NCBI GenBank assembly: GCA_029203145.1 | Contig: CP119309.1 | Coordinates: 1,386,472-1,450,471, forward strand | Source: Candidatus Brevundimonas phytovorans | GTDB taxonomy: Bacteria > Pseudomonadota > Alphaproteobacteria > Caulobacterales > Caulobacteraceae | Direction: 5' to 3' | DNA length: 64,000 nucleotides | Shown here: positions 1 to 8,536 of the stretch, in pieces | How positions within the stretch are numbered: position 1 is the first letter of the stretch | How the letters are laid out: the number at the start of each line of letters is the position of its first letter | The notes under the pieces: generated by a model | Databases searched by the model: none | Told to the model about the DNA's origin: nothing | Seen by the model: the letters and a program-made list of their open reading frames with translations, nothing else | Program-made: the position numbers and the translations under genes

Positions 1-213
1 TCGATCTAGCGCCACGACGCCCGGATGACGGCGCCTCGCTGGGCGCGCACTGTTCGAGAGCGACATGGGCCAGAATGACGGTTGAGGCCGCGACTGTCGT
101 CCGACAGCGTCGCCTCCATGCCCTGAGACAATCTCGCTTTCCCCCGTCGTCACGGCGATGTGGGCTCCGCCGGCAGGCGGGCGATGAAGTGACCCTTCAT
201 GCCCTCGGGCCGG

Positions 214-729
214 TCACGGTCTGGACGACAGGTCGAGTTCAAAAGGCTCGCCCCAGGCCGCCTCAGCCCCACGCCCCATGGCGGCGATGGCGCGGGTCAT
301 GGCGCCGTTGCGGTTCAGATGACGGTCGGCCAGGGCCACGATCAGCGGATTGGGCGTGGCGGTGGGAGCGGCGGCGCGCAGGCGTTCGGCCCAATCCGCT
401 TCTCCGCCAGGGGCAGATTTGGCGCAGGCGACGGCATAGGCCGCCGCCGTAGACCGACTGATCCCTGCCCAGCAGTGAATCAACAGAGGCCGAACCCCGT
501 TCCAGCTCTCGGCGAAGACCAACAAGGCGTTGATGTCGGCCGGGCTCGGCGGCGTCAGGCCCGGCCGAACCTCGGCGATGTCGTTGAACCTCAGGTCCAG
601 TCGATGAACCAGCGGATCGGCCAGAGGATCGTCGACGTGACCTGGCGAGGCCAGACTGACAAGATGCGACGGTTGATACCGCGCCAGCAGACCGCCGACC
701 TCACGCAGGGGCGCGACGATCAGCTTCAT
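214..729 (-). CDS. Cys-dependent (PTP/DSP-fold) phosphatase-like protein
   Basis: HCWAGISRS = CX5R P-loop; ATGA overlap with cobS stop (726-729). Confidence 0.85.
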   Translation of the reverse strand: MKLIVAPLREVGGLLARYQPSHLVSLASPGHVDDPLADPLVHRLDLRFNDIAEVRPGLTPPSPADINALLVFAESWNGVRPLLIHCWAGISRSTAAAYAVACAKSAPGGEADWAERLRAAAPTATPNPLIVALADRHLNRNGAMTRAIAAMGRGAEAAWGEPFELDLSSRP

Positions 730-1493
730 CCAACCACCAGCCCGGCGACGCCCAGCAGGAAGCCGACCTCGAACGCCTGCTCGACCGCGCCCAGAACGTC
801 ACCCGTGCGCCCGCCGATCAGGCGCCAGGCCAGCCAAGCGGGAACGGCGCCGAGCAACAGGCCCAGCGCCACGCCTCCGCCTCCCATGGCAGGTGTGAAG
901 AAACTCAGGGGCCATAGAGCGGTGAGAACGGCCACCGTCAGTCCCGCCAGCGAGGCACGATCCGGCCTGCCCTCCTTGGCCATGCCAGGGTCGCCGCCAT
1001 AGGGCATGATCGTCATCGCCATGACCGCCGCCGCACGCCCCAACCCATGCGCCGCCAACAAGGCAACGGCGGCAAGCAGAGGCGAAACCTGCGTCAGCAT
1101 GGCCAGGGCCGCGACGCGCAGCGCCAGGGTCAGACCCAGCGCCAAGGCGCCGTAGGAGCCCAATCGGCTGTCCTTCATGATCTCCAGCCGGCGCGCGCGT
1201 GTCAGCCCGCCGCCCAGACCATCGGCCGTGTCGGCCAGTCCATCTTCGTGGAAACCGCCGGTCAGGACGACGCCTGCCGCCACGGCCAGCAGGGCTGCGA
1301 TCCACGCGCTCCAGACCTGGGCCGCGCCATAGATGACGAGCGCCGACAGTGCCCCGACGATCTGGCCCACCAGTGGATAATAGCGCGCGCTCTGCTGAAT
1401 CCATTCTGATCGGAAACCGACCAAAGGCGGCGTTGGGATCCGGGTCAGGAACTGCACGGCGCAGACGAACAGCCTTCCCTCATGCCGGATCAA
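726..1493 (-). CDS. cobS: Adenosylcobinamide-GDP ribazoletransferase (cobalamin synthase)
   Basis: FLTRIP, TGGFHEDGLADTADG, IMKDSRLG, TGDVLGA motifs; hydrophobic. Confidence 0.95.
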   Translation of the reverse strand: MIRHEGRLFVCAVQFLTRIPTPPLVGFRSEWIQQSARYYPLVGQIVGALSALVIYGAAQVWSAWIAALLAVAAGVVLTGGFHEDGLADTADGLGGGLTRARRLEIMKDSRLGSYGALALGLTLALRVAALAMLTQVSPLLAAVALLAAHGLGRAAAVMAMTIMPYGGDPGMAKEGRPDRASLAGLTVAVLTALWPLSFFTPAMGGGGVALGLLLGAVPAWLAWRLIGGRTGDVLGAVEQAFEVGFLLGVAGLVVG

Positions 1494-2533
1494 ACCGCCG
1501 CCTCCAATACTTCAGACAGGTCCGCGACCTCGGACAGCAGGGCGCAGGCGGCCTTTGCCAAGGGCACGGCCAGCAAGGCGCCGGTTCCCTCGCCCAGCCT
1601 CATGTCCAGTTGCAGCAAGGGACGCGCTTCCATCGCCTCCAGCATCAGACGGTGCCCTGCCTCCGCCGAGGCATGAGCAAAGAGGCAATAATGGCGCGCG
1701 GCCGGCGCCAGGCGCACCGCCAACAGGGCCGCTGCTGTGCCGATAAAGCCGTCCACCAGCACGGGAACTCCAGCGTGGGCCGCCGCCAGCAGCCCCCCGG
1801 CCATCATGGCGATTTCATAGCCGCCAAACTGGCTCAGGACGTCGAAGGGCGTGGTGACGTCCGATCGCGCCGCCGCCTTGGCCAAAACCTCCCGCTTCCT
1901 CGCCATGCCTTCTGGCGCATGACCCGCCCCCTGCCCCACGCATTGCTCCAGGGACGCGGGAGCCAGCCGATGCATCAACAGGGCGGCCGAGGCGCTGTTG
2001 CCTATTCCCATTTCTCCGAGCGCGATCAGATCGGCGCCGTTGGCGATCGCCTCGACTGCCACACGCGCTCCGGCCAAGAGGGCGGCCTCGGCCTGAACGC
2101 GCGTCATGGCTGGCTCGACCGAGGCGTCAGCCGTGCCCCAGCCGACCTTGGCCTGAACCAGCCCCGAACGGTGGGACAGATCGGCGGCGACGCCCGCATC
2201 TATCACGCGGACCTCGACGCCAACGACACGGGCGAAGGCATTGGCGCTGGCCTTGCCCGCCAGCAGGGCATCGACCATGGAGACGGTTACGCCAGGGGGA
2301 AAGGCCGCCACCCCCGAGCGGGTCAGACCGTGATCGCCCGCGAAGACCAGAAGCACGGGTCGCTCGATCATCGGCTGCATGCGCCCCTGGATCAGGCCCA
2401 GAACCAGGGCCAATTCCTCGATCCGGCCGAGAGCCCCGGGCGGTTTAGCCTTACCGTCAAGCGCCCGCCGCAAGGCAGGCTCCAGCCTTCTATCCAGGGC
2501 TGGGACGGCCAGAAGTTCGGTCAGGTCGGTCAT
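1490..2533 (-). CDS. cobT: Nicotinate-nucleotide-dimethylbenzimidazole phosphoribosyltransferase
   Basis: KPPGALGRIE, FAGDHG, GEMGIGNS, MRLGEGTGA motifs. Confidence 0.95.
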   Translation of the reverse strand: MTDLTELLAVPALDRRLEPALRRALDGKAKPPGALGRIEELALVLGLIQGRMQPMIERPVLLVFAGDHGLTRSGVAAFPPGVTVSMVDALLAGKASANAFARVVGVEVRVIDAGVAADLSHRSGLVQAKVGWGTADASVEPAMTRVQAEAALLAGARVAVEAIANGADLIALGEMGIGNSASAALLMHRLAPASLEQCVGQGAGHAPEGMARKREVLAKAAARSDVTTPFDVLSQFGGYEIAMMAGGLLAAAHAGVPVLVDGFIGTAAALLAVRLAPAARHYCLFAHASAEAGHRLMLEAMEARPLLQLDMRLGEGTGALLAVPLAKAACALLSEVADLSEVLEAAV

Positions 2534-4002
2534 GTCAAACCCGCGATCCGGCTCAGGGCCGGGATGTCGAAGTGTTGTTCCAAAACGGCGGCGATGCGGT
2601 TCAGCGCCTGATCGACACGGTCCGTCTGATCGACGCCGTCGGACGCCACGCCCATTTCCGCCAGCAAGGCGTGTCGCGCGTCCGCCCGGTCAAACAGGCC
2701 GTGGACGTAGAGCCCCGCAATTCGCCCGTCGGGCGAACGCGCGCCGTGCGGCTGCCCATCGACGACAGCAACAGGGCGCCCAGTATCAGGACCGTTGGTC
2801 GAGCCGATGTGAATTTCATAGCCCTCGAAGACGGCGCGGGAGGAGACCATGCAGCCGCTCACCCGGCGCAAGATTTTTTGGCCCGCCAGCACGGTCTCTA
2901 CGTTCAGCAACCCCAGGCCCGGCGCAGTTCCGGCCACGCCTTCGACGCCCTCCGGGTCGCTGATCGTCCGTCCCAGCATCTGATAGCCGCCGCAAACGCC
3001 CAGGACCCTTCCCCCTCGCCGCGCGTGGGCGGCGATGTCCACGTCCCACCCCTGCGCCCGCAGAAAAGCCAGATCGGCTAGCGTCGCCTTGGTCCCCGGA
3101 AGAATGAGCAGGTCGGCGTCGCCCGGCAGGGGCTGGCCGGGAGGAACGAAGCCGAAGTCCACGCCCGGCTCGTGTCTCAAAGGATCGAAGTCGTCGAAAT
3201 TGGCGATGCGCGACAACATGGGGACGGCGATACGAACTCGACCGTCCCCCTCGCGGCCAGCCCTGTCCAACACGACCGCGTCTTCCGCCGGCAGAGATCG
3301 GGCGTCACTCATCCAGGGCGCCATACCCAGGTCCGTCCATGTGGTGCGTCTTGCGATTTCGGCCCGTCCTTCATCGAATAGCGACGGATCACCTCTGAAC
3401 TTGTTGATCAAAAAGCCTTTGATCATGGATCGGTCTTCGTCTTCCAACACGGCATGGGCCCCAACCAGGGACGCGATGACATGGCCCCGATCAATATCGC
3501 CGACCAGAATCACCGGTACATGTGCGGCCCGCGCAAAGCCCATGTTGGCGATGTCTCCAGCGCGCAGATTGGTCTCGGCCGGACTACCCGCCCCCTCGAC
3601 AATCACGAGATCAGCTTCCGCCTCCAGTGTGCGGAAGCTCTTCAGCACGACATCGAGAAGCGCGGCCTTGCGCCCTTGATAGCCCGCCGCCTGCCAGACG
3701 CCCTCGACCTGCCCGCGCACGACCAGTTGCGCGCCCGTATCACTCTGCGGTTTCAGCAGGACCGGGTTCATGTCCACGTTTGGCGGAACGCGGCAAGCCA
3801 GGGCTTGCAGCGCCTGGGCGCGACCGATTTCACCCACCTGCCCCTCGGCGCCGGGCGCGGTGACGGCGGCGTTGTTGGACATGTTCTGCGGCTTGAACGG
3901 CCGCACTGTCAGGCCGCGATTGGTGAACAGGCGGCACAGGCCCGCAACCAGCACCGACTTGCCCACGTCCGAGCCGCACCCCTGGATCATCAGCGCGCCC
4001 AT
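2530..4002 (-). CDS. cobQ: Cobyric acid synthase
   Basis: QGCGSDVGKS, PFKPQNMSNN, EGAGSPAE, GVCGGYQMLG, YVHGLF; start set at ATG 4002 after GGAGG. Confidence 0.95.
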   Translation of the reverse strand: MGALMIQGCGSDVGKSVLVAGLCRLFTNRGLTVRPFKPQNMSNNAAVTAPGAEGQVGEIGRAQALQALACRVPPNVDMNPVLLKPQSDTGAQLVVRGQVEGVWQAAGYQGRKAALLDVVLKSFRTLEAEADLVIVEGAGSPAETNLRAGDIANMGFARAAHVPVILVGDIDRGHVIASLVGAHAVLEDEDRSMIKGFLINKFRGDPSLFDEGRAEIARRTTWTDLGMAPWMSDARSLPAEDAVVLDRAGREGDGRVRIAVPMLSRIANFDDFDPLRHEPGVDFGFVPPGQPLPGDADLLILPGTKATLADLAFLRAQGWDVDIAAHARRGGRVLGVCGGYQMLGRTISDPEGVEGVAGTAPGLGLLNVETVLAGQKILRRVSGCMVSSRAVFEGYEIHIGSTNGPDTGRPVAVVDGQPHGARSPDGRIAGLYVHGLFDRADARHALLAEMGVASDGVDQTDRVDQALNRIAAVLEQHFDIPALSRIAGLT

Positions 4003-4934
4003 GCGAAACCTCCGGCGATCAGCAGCAACATCAGAACAACGCAAGCCATGCCATAGACGCGAAGACCTCGGTTCAGGTCATGGGCGCGCGGGGGCGCCCA
4101 GTCGCCGAAATCGGGGCGGTAGGTGGTGATTCCGTCATAGCGAACCGGCCCGCCCAACCGAACCCGAAGCGCGCCCGCCATGGCCGCCTCGGTCCAGCCG
4201 GCGTTGGGCGAGGCGTGCTTGCCCGCATCGCGCCACATGACGCGCCAGCCCTGCCAACCGCCCAGCGCGATCAAGGCCCCGGCGATCCGTGCCGGGATCC
4301 AGTTCATCACATCGTCGGTGCGCGCCGCCGCCCAGCCGAAAGCGCGCCAGCGCGGCTCCATATGGCCGATCATGCTGTCGGCGGTGTTGACCGCCTTGTA
4401 GACGAACAGACCCGGCAGGCCGCCGACCACGAACCAGAAGACCGGCGCGACCACCCCGTCGCAAAAGCTCTCGGCCAGACTTTCCAAGGCGGCGCCGGCC
4501 ACCTCGCCTTCGTCCATCGCCTCTACGTCGCGGCCGACGATCATGGCCACGGCCAGCCGCGCGGCGGGCAGATCGCCTGCCGCCAGCGGACGCGCCACGG
4601 CGCGGACGTGGTCGAACAGGCTGCGCGCCGCCAGGCCCGTCGCCCCCCAGATCACCAGGATCGCCTGTCCCGGCCAGAAGGGCGCCGTGGCGGCCAGCCC
4701 TTCAAGGCCCCAGCCCGCGCCGCCCGCCACGACCAGCAGGATCAGAACCGTCAGGACGCCCAGCGCGCGCCGTGACTTCGCCGACCACGCCGCGCGGTTC
4801 CAGCGCCGTTCCAGCGTCGCGATCAGACCGCCGATCCAGACGACCGGATGGCTCAGACGGCGCGGCCAGCCGATCGCGCCTTCCAGCAACAGGGCGCCCG
4901 CGACGATCCAGGGCGTCGGTACGCTAGCGGGCAC
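3990..4934 (-). CDS. cbiB: Adenosylcobinamide-phosphate synthase (CbiB/CobD family)
   Basis: HPVVWIG, IVGRD, ESLAESFCDG, YKAVNTADSMIG, SPNAGWTEAAMAGAL; probable GTG start at 4934 (start uncertain). Confidence 0.9.
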   Translation of the reverse strand: MPASVPTPWIVAGALLLEGAIGWPRRLSHPVVWIGGLIATLERRWNRAAWSAKSRRALGVLTVLILLVVAGGAGWGLEGLAATAPFWPGQAILVIWGATGLAARSLFDHVRAVARPLAAGDLPAARLAVAMIVGRDVEAMDEGEVAGAALESLAESFCDGVVAPVFWFVVGGLPGLFVYKAVNTADSMIGHMEPRWRAFGWAAARTDDVMNWIPARIAGALIALGGWQGWRVMWRDAGKHASPNAGWTEAAMAGALRVRLGGPVRYDGITTYRPDFGDWAPPRAHDLNRGLRVYGMACVVLMLLLIAGGFAWAR

Positions 4935-5700
4935 GGCCGACCATCTCCAGCACCGGGCCACGCAGGCCGTCCAGCGTGCGGGCCTCGACGCCATAGGCTG
5001 CTTTCAGCACCTCGGGCGACAGGGCCTCGACCGGCGCGCCGTCGGCCAGCACCCGCGCCTCGGCCAGAACGATCACGCGGTCGGCCACGCGCAGGGCGGC
5101 GTCGAGGTCGTGCAGGGTGATGACGACGCCACGCCCCTCTTCATCCGCCAGTCGCCGGAACAGGTCGCAGGCGTCCAGAACATGGCCGGGGTCCAGACCG
5201 GCCAGAGGCTCGTCGGCCAGCAGCCATTGCGGATCGCCGGCCAGAGCACGGGCGATCAGGACGCGCGCCCGTTCGCCGCCCGACAGGGTCGAGACGACGC
5301 GATCGGCAAACGCCTCCACGCCGGTCACGGCCATGGCGCGGTCCACGGCGACCCGGTCCTCGGCGGTCAGGCCCCAGGCGCCGACATGGGGGGTGCGGCC
5401 CAGACCGACGAAGGTGCGCCCGTTCACCGCCCAGGCGATCTCGGCGTTCTGTGGCAGATAGGCGATCCGGCGGGCCCGTTCCCGCGGCGGCAGGGTACGC
5501 AGGGCGCGACCGTCCAGCGTCACCTGACCGGCATCGGGTTTTCGCAGGGCCGCCAGACAGTCCAGCAACGTGGACTTGCCCGCCCCGTTCGGTCCGACCA
5601 CCGCCGTCACCAGTCCCGGCGCAAAGGCCGCGCCGACGCCGTTCAGCACCGCCTTGTCGCCCAGACGGACCGACAGATTTTCCGCGCTCAGAAGGCTCAC
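4924..5700 (-). CDS. btuD: ABC transporter ATP-binding subunit (cobalamin/Fe-chelate type)
   Basis: GPNGAGKST, LSGGE, LLADEP; GTGA overlap with permease; symbol from operon context. Confidence 0.85.
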   Translation of the reverse strand: MSLLSAENLSVRLGDKAVLNGVGAAFAPGLVTAVVGPNGAGKSTLLDCLAALRKPDAGQVTLDGRALRTLPPRERARRIAYLPQNAEIAWAVNGRTFVGLGRTPHVGAWGLTAEDRVAVDRAMAVTGVEAFADRVVSTLSGGERARVLIARALAGDPQWLLADEPLAGLDPGHVLDACDLFRRLADEEGRGVVITLHDLDAALRVADRVIVLAEARVLADGAPVEALSPEVLKAAYGVEARTLDGLRGPVLEMVGRAR

Positions 5701-6680
5701 GCCAGCTTCCTCCGCATGCCGATCAACAGGGCCAGGAAGAAGGGCCCGCCCAGAGCCGCCATGGCCACGCCCAGCTTGATCTCGGCGGCCGACGGGGTCA
5801 GCCGCACCAGAATATCCGCCGCCAGCACCAGGACCGCGCCGCCCAGAGCCGAGGGCAGCAGCAGCCCGCCGGGCCGGGCCCCGATCAGCGGTCGCAGCAG
5901 ATGAGGCACGATCAGGCCGACGAAGCCGATAGACCCTGTCACCGCCACCGCGGAGCCGACAGCCAGCGCCGCACCTAGGGCGAGCATCAAACGCCCCCTA
6001 TCCAGCCGAACCCCCAACGACCGCGCCCCGGCCTCGCCTAGGATCAGGGCGTCCAGCGTTCGACCCTGCGTCAGCAACAGCAGAGCCCCCAGGATCATGC
6101 CCGGCGCGGCCAGCTTCAGTTCGACCACGCTGCGGTCGGCCAACGAGCCCATCAGCCAGTTGACGATCTCGTTCACCGCCCAGGGGTTGGGCGCGAGGTT
6201 CAGCGCCAAGGCCACCCCCGCTCCGGCCATGGTCTGGATCACCACGCCCGCCAGAATGAAGGTGACGACACTGCTGGTCGCCCCCGCCAAGGCCAGTAGA
6301 AGGACCACGCCCAGTCCGGCCCCGAGCATGGCCGCACCGGGCAACACCCAGGGCGCGCTCGCCGCCGCACCCAGATAGAAGGTCAGCACCGCCCCGAGCG
6401 CCGCCATGGTCGAGACGCCCAGCATCCCCGGATCGGCCAGCGGATTGCGGGTGTAGCCTTGCAGCGCCGCCCCGGTCAGTCCCAGAACCGCCCCGACCAT
6501 CAGAGCCAGGATGGTGCGCGGCAGGCGCAGTTCAAACAGGATGGCCCAGGCCGGACCACCACGCTGGCTGGCCCAGTCGCTCCATGGAATCCAGACGCGT
6601 CCAGCGCTCATGCTGGCGACGAAGAGGACGGCGATCAGGGCCAGCAGCCCCGCCATGATCAAGGGTCGCGGCACGGTCAT
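5697..6680 (-). CDS. btuC: ABC permease, FecCD/BtuC family
   Basis: LRLPR, RNPLADPG, GSIGFVGLIVPH, GGPFF; start MTVPRP at 6680. Confidence 0.88.
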   Translation of the reverse strand: MTVPRPLIMAGLLALIAVLFVASMSAGRVWIPWSDWASQRGGPAWAILFELRLPRTILALMVGAVLGLTGAALQGYTRNPLADPGMLGVSTMAALGAVLTFYLGAAASAPWVLPGAAMLGAGLGVVLLLALAGATSSVVTFILAGVVIQTMAGAGVALALNLAPNPWAVNEIVNWLMGSLADRSVVELKLAAPGMILGALLLLTQGRTLDALILGEAGARSLGVRLDRGRLMLALGAALAVGSAVAVTGSIGFVGLIVPHLLRPLIGARPGGLLLPSALGGAVLVLAADILVRLTPSAAEIKLGVAMAALGGPFFLALLIGMRRKLA

Positions 6681-7525
6681 AGGGCCTCCAGCGCCGAGCG
6701 GCGCGCCCGAGCCAGGGCGGCGGCGGTCTGAATCAGCACCGGGCCGCCGCAATAGAGCAGCTTCTCGTCCAGTTGCGCCTGGACCATCCGACCTGACAGC
6801 GAGGCCAGCGCCGGGTGGCGCATCACCCGGTCGGCCCAGGTGCGCGAGCCCAGGGCGGGCGTGCCGCTGAGCAGGACCTGAGGCGGATCGGCCAGCAAGC
6901 GCTCGACCGGGACATTGCCCCACTTGCCGAGGCCATAGCGCCCGGCGACGTTATCGAACCCGGCGCGGGTCATCATCTCGTCCATCAGGGTGCCGCGCCC
7001 GGCGGCGAAACCGTTGGGCTGATAGATCAGGGCCTTGAGCGGTCGCGATCCCGGCGGCGGCGCGGCGGCGGCGATGGCGGTCTCAATGCGGGCGATCAGG
7101 GCCGCGGCTCGCGCCGGGCGACCAACCAGACGCGCGACCTCCCGCACCTGATCCAGACTGGCTGAGACGCTGTCGGGAACGGCGAACAACTCCGTAGGGA
7201 TGTTCATCCGCCCCAGCGCATTGCGGGTTGCGAGCGCGCTGTGGCGGCTGGTCAGCACCAGATCGGGGCGCAGGGCGATAACCTCCTCGGCCGTCTCCCA
7301 GGTGAAGGGCAGGGTCTTCGCCACCTCGGAAATGGTCGAGCCAACCGGCTCGCGCGCATAGTGGCTGAGCGCCGCGATCTGGCCCCGGTCGGCGACATGA
7401 ACCAAGATGGCGTCGAGGCAGGCGTTCAGGGAAACGACGCGACGCGGCGCGGGCTTGGCCACGGCGGGCGCGGCGATCAGGGCCGCGCCTGCACCGACCA
7501 ATGCGCCCCGCCGCGTCGTCCTCAC
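6677..7525 (-). CDS. btuF: Periplasmic cobalamin/Fe-chelate binding protein
   Basis: RRVVSLNACLD, AEEVIALRPDLV; RR-containing signal peptide; GTG start overlapping cobD stop. Confidence 0.82.
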   Translation of the reverse strand: MRTTRRGALVGAGAALIAAPAVAKPAPRRVVSLNACLDAILVHVADRGQIAALSHYAREPVGSTISEVAKTLPFTWETAEEVIALRPDLVLTSRHSALATRNALGRMNIPTELFAVPDSVSASLDQVREVARLVGRPARAAALIARIETAIAAAAPPPGSRPLKALIYQPNGFAAGRGTLMDEMMTRAGFDNVAGRYGLGKWGNVPVERLLADPPQVLLSGTPALGSRTWADRVMRHPALASLSGRMVQAQLDEKLLYCGGPVLIQTAAALARARRSALEAL

Positions 7526-8532
7526 GAGAAGGTCTCCAGCGCGCGGGCCAATCGCGGCAGATCGCGTTCGGTCGGCACGCCGAAGCGCAGACCGTCGGGC
7601 GTATGATCGAAGGGCCGGGTCAGGATGCCCGCCCGGCACAGGTGCTGAAACCAACGCGCCGCGTGGGGCGTGCGCGTCATGCGAAATAGGCTGGTTCCGC
7701 CAATGATCTGAAATCCGGCGTGGACTAGCAGATCATTGAGCCGATCAGCGCGATCCGCCAGGGCCGCCTCGGTCCGCCGCCGCCATCTGCTGTCGGCATA
7801 GGCGCCCCGCCCCATGATCAGGGCGTCGGCGCCGACAGGCCAGTCGCCCAGCAGGGCGCGCAGGCGTGAGATCACATCCGGCGCGGCCAGCATGAAGCCC
7901 AGCCTTACCCCGGCCAGACCATAGAACTTGCCGAACGAGCGCAGGACGATCAGGCCCGGTTCGGCCAAATCCGACACGCTGTCGTCGGGCGCGCATTCGA
8001 TGAAGGACTCGTCCACCACCAGCCAGCGGCCCGCCGCCGAGCGCTCGCGCGCCATGGCGATCAGGTCGGCGCGCCGGGTCAGGCGGCCGTCGGGATTATT
8101 CGGATTGACGATGACCAGCACTCCCGCCTGCGACGCCGCCGCCTGATCCGGTGCGATCAGGCGCGTCGCTACGCCCGCCGCCCGCCAGGCCTCGGCATGA
8201 GCGCCATAGGTCGGACCGACGATCTCGACCGAACGCACGCCCAGCAACAGAGGCAGAAGACGGATCGCCGCCTCGGCCCCGGCCACAGCAGCCGTCCGAT
8301 CCGTCGTCGCGCCGAAGGCCGCCGCCGCCGTCGTCTCCAGCGCGACCAGGGCGCCGGGATCAGGCAGGCGGTTCAACTCGGCCTCCGCCGCACGCGGCCC
8401 GCGCCATGGTTCGGGGTTGATCCCGGTGGACAGGTCCAGCCAGGGGCGCGGCGCGTCGGGATAGGCGGCGGCGGCCCTCATCAGACCGCCGCCGTGCCGG
8501 GTCGCCGTCGTCAGAAACGCGGCGTCATGCAT
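7522..8532 (-). CDS. cobD: L-threonine-O-3-phosphate decarboxylase (PLP; CobD/CobC-type)
   Basis: HGG, DLSTGINP, NPNNPDG, RSFGKFYGLAGVRLG. Confidence 0.92.
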   Translation of the reverse strand: MHDAAFLTTATRHGGGLMRAAAAYPDAPRPWLDLSTGINPEPWRGPRAAEAELNRLPDPGALVALETTAAAAFGATTDRTAAVAGAEAAIRLLPLLLGVRSVEIVGPTYGAHAEAWRAAGVATRLIAPDQAAASQAGVLVIVNPNNPDGRLTRRADLIAMARERSAAGRWLVVDESFIECAPDDSVSDLAEPGLIVLRSFGKFYGLAGVRLGFMLAAPDVISRLRALLGDWPVGADALIMGRGAYADSRWRRRTEAALADRADRLNDLLVHAGFQIIGGTSLFRMTRTPHAARWFQHLCRAGILTRPFDHTPDGLRFGVPTERDLPRLARALETFS

Positions 8533-8536
8533 CAGA

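Noticed and set aside
1-213. Several hairpins and a possible gene start at the left edge
   Set aside because: No riboswitch or RNA-family motif recognised and no convincing ORF; probably terminator or intergenic structure, and context is cut off.
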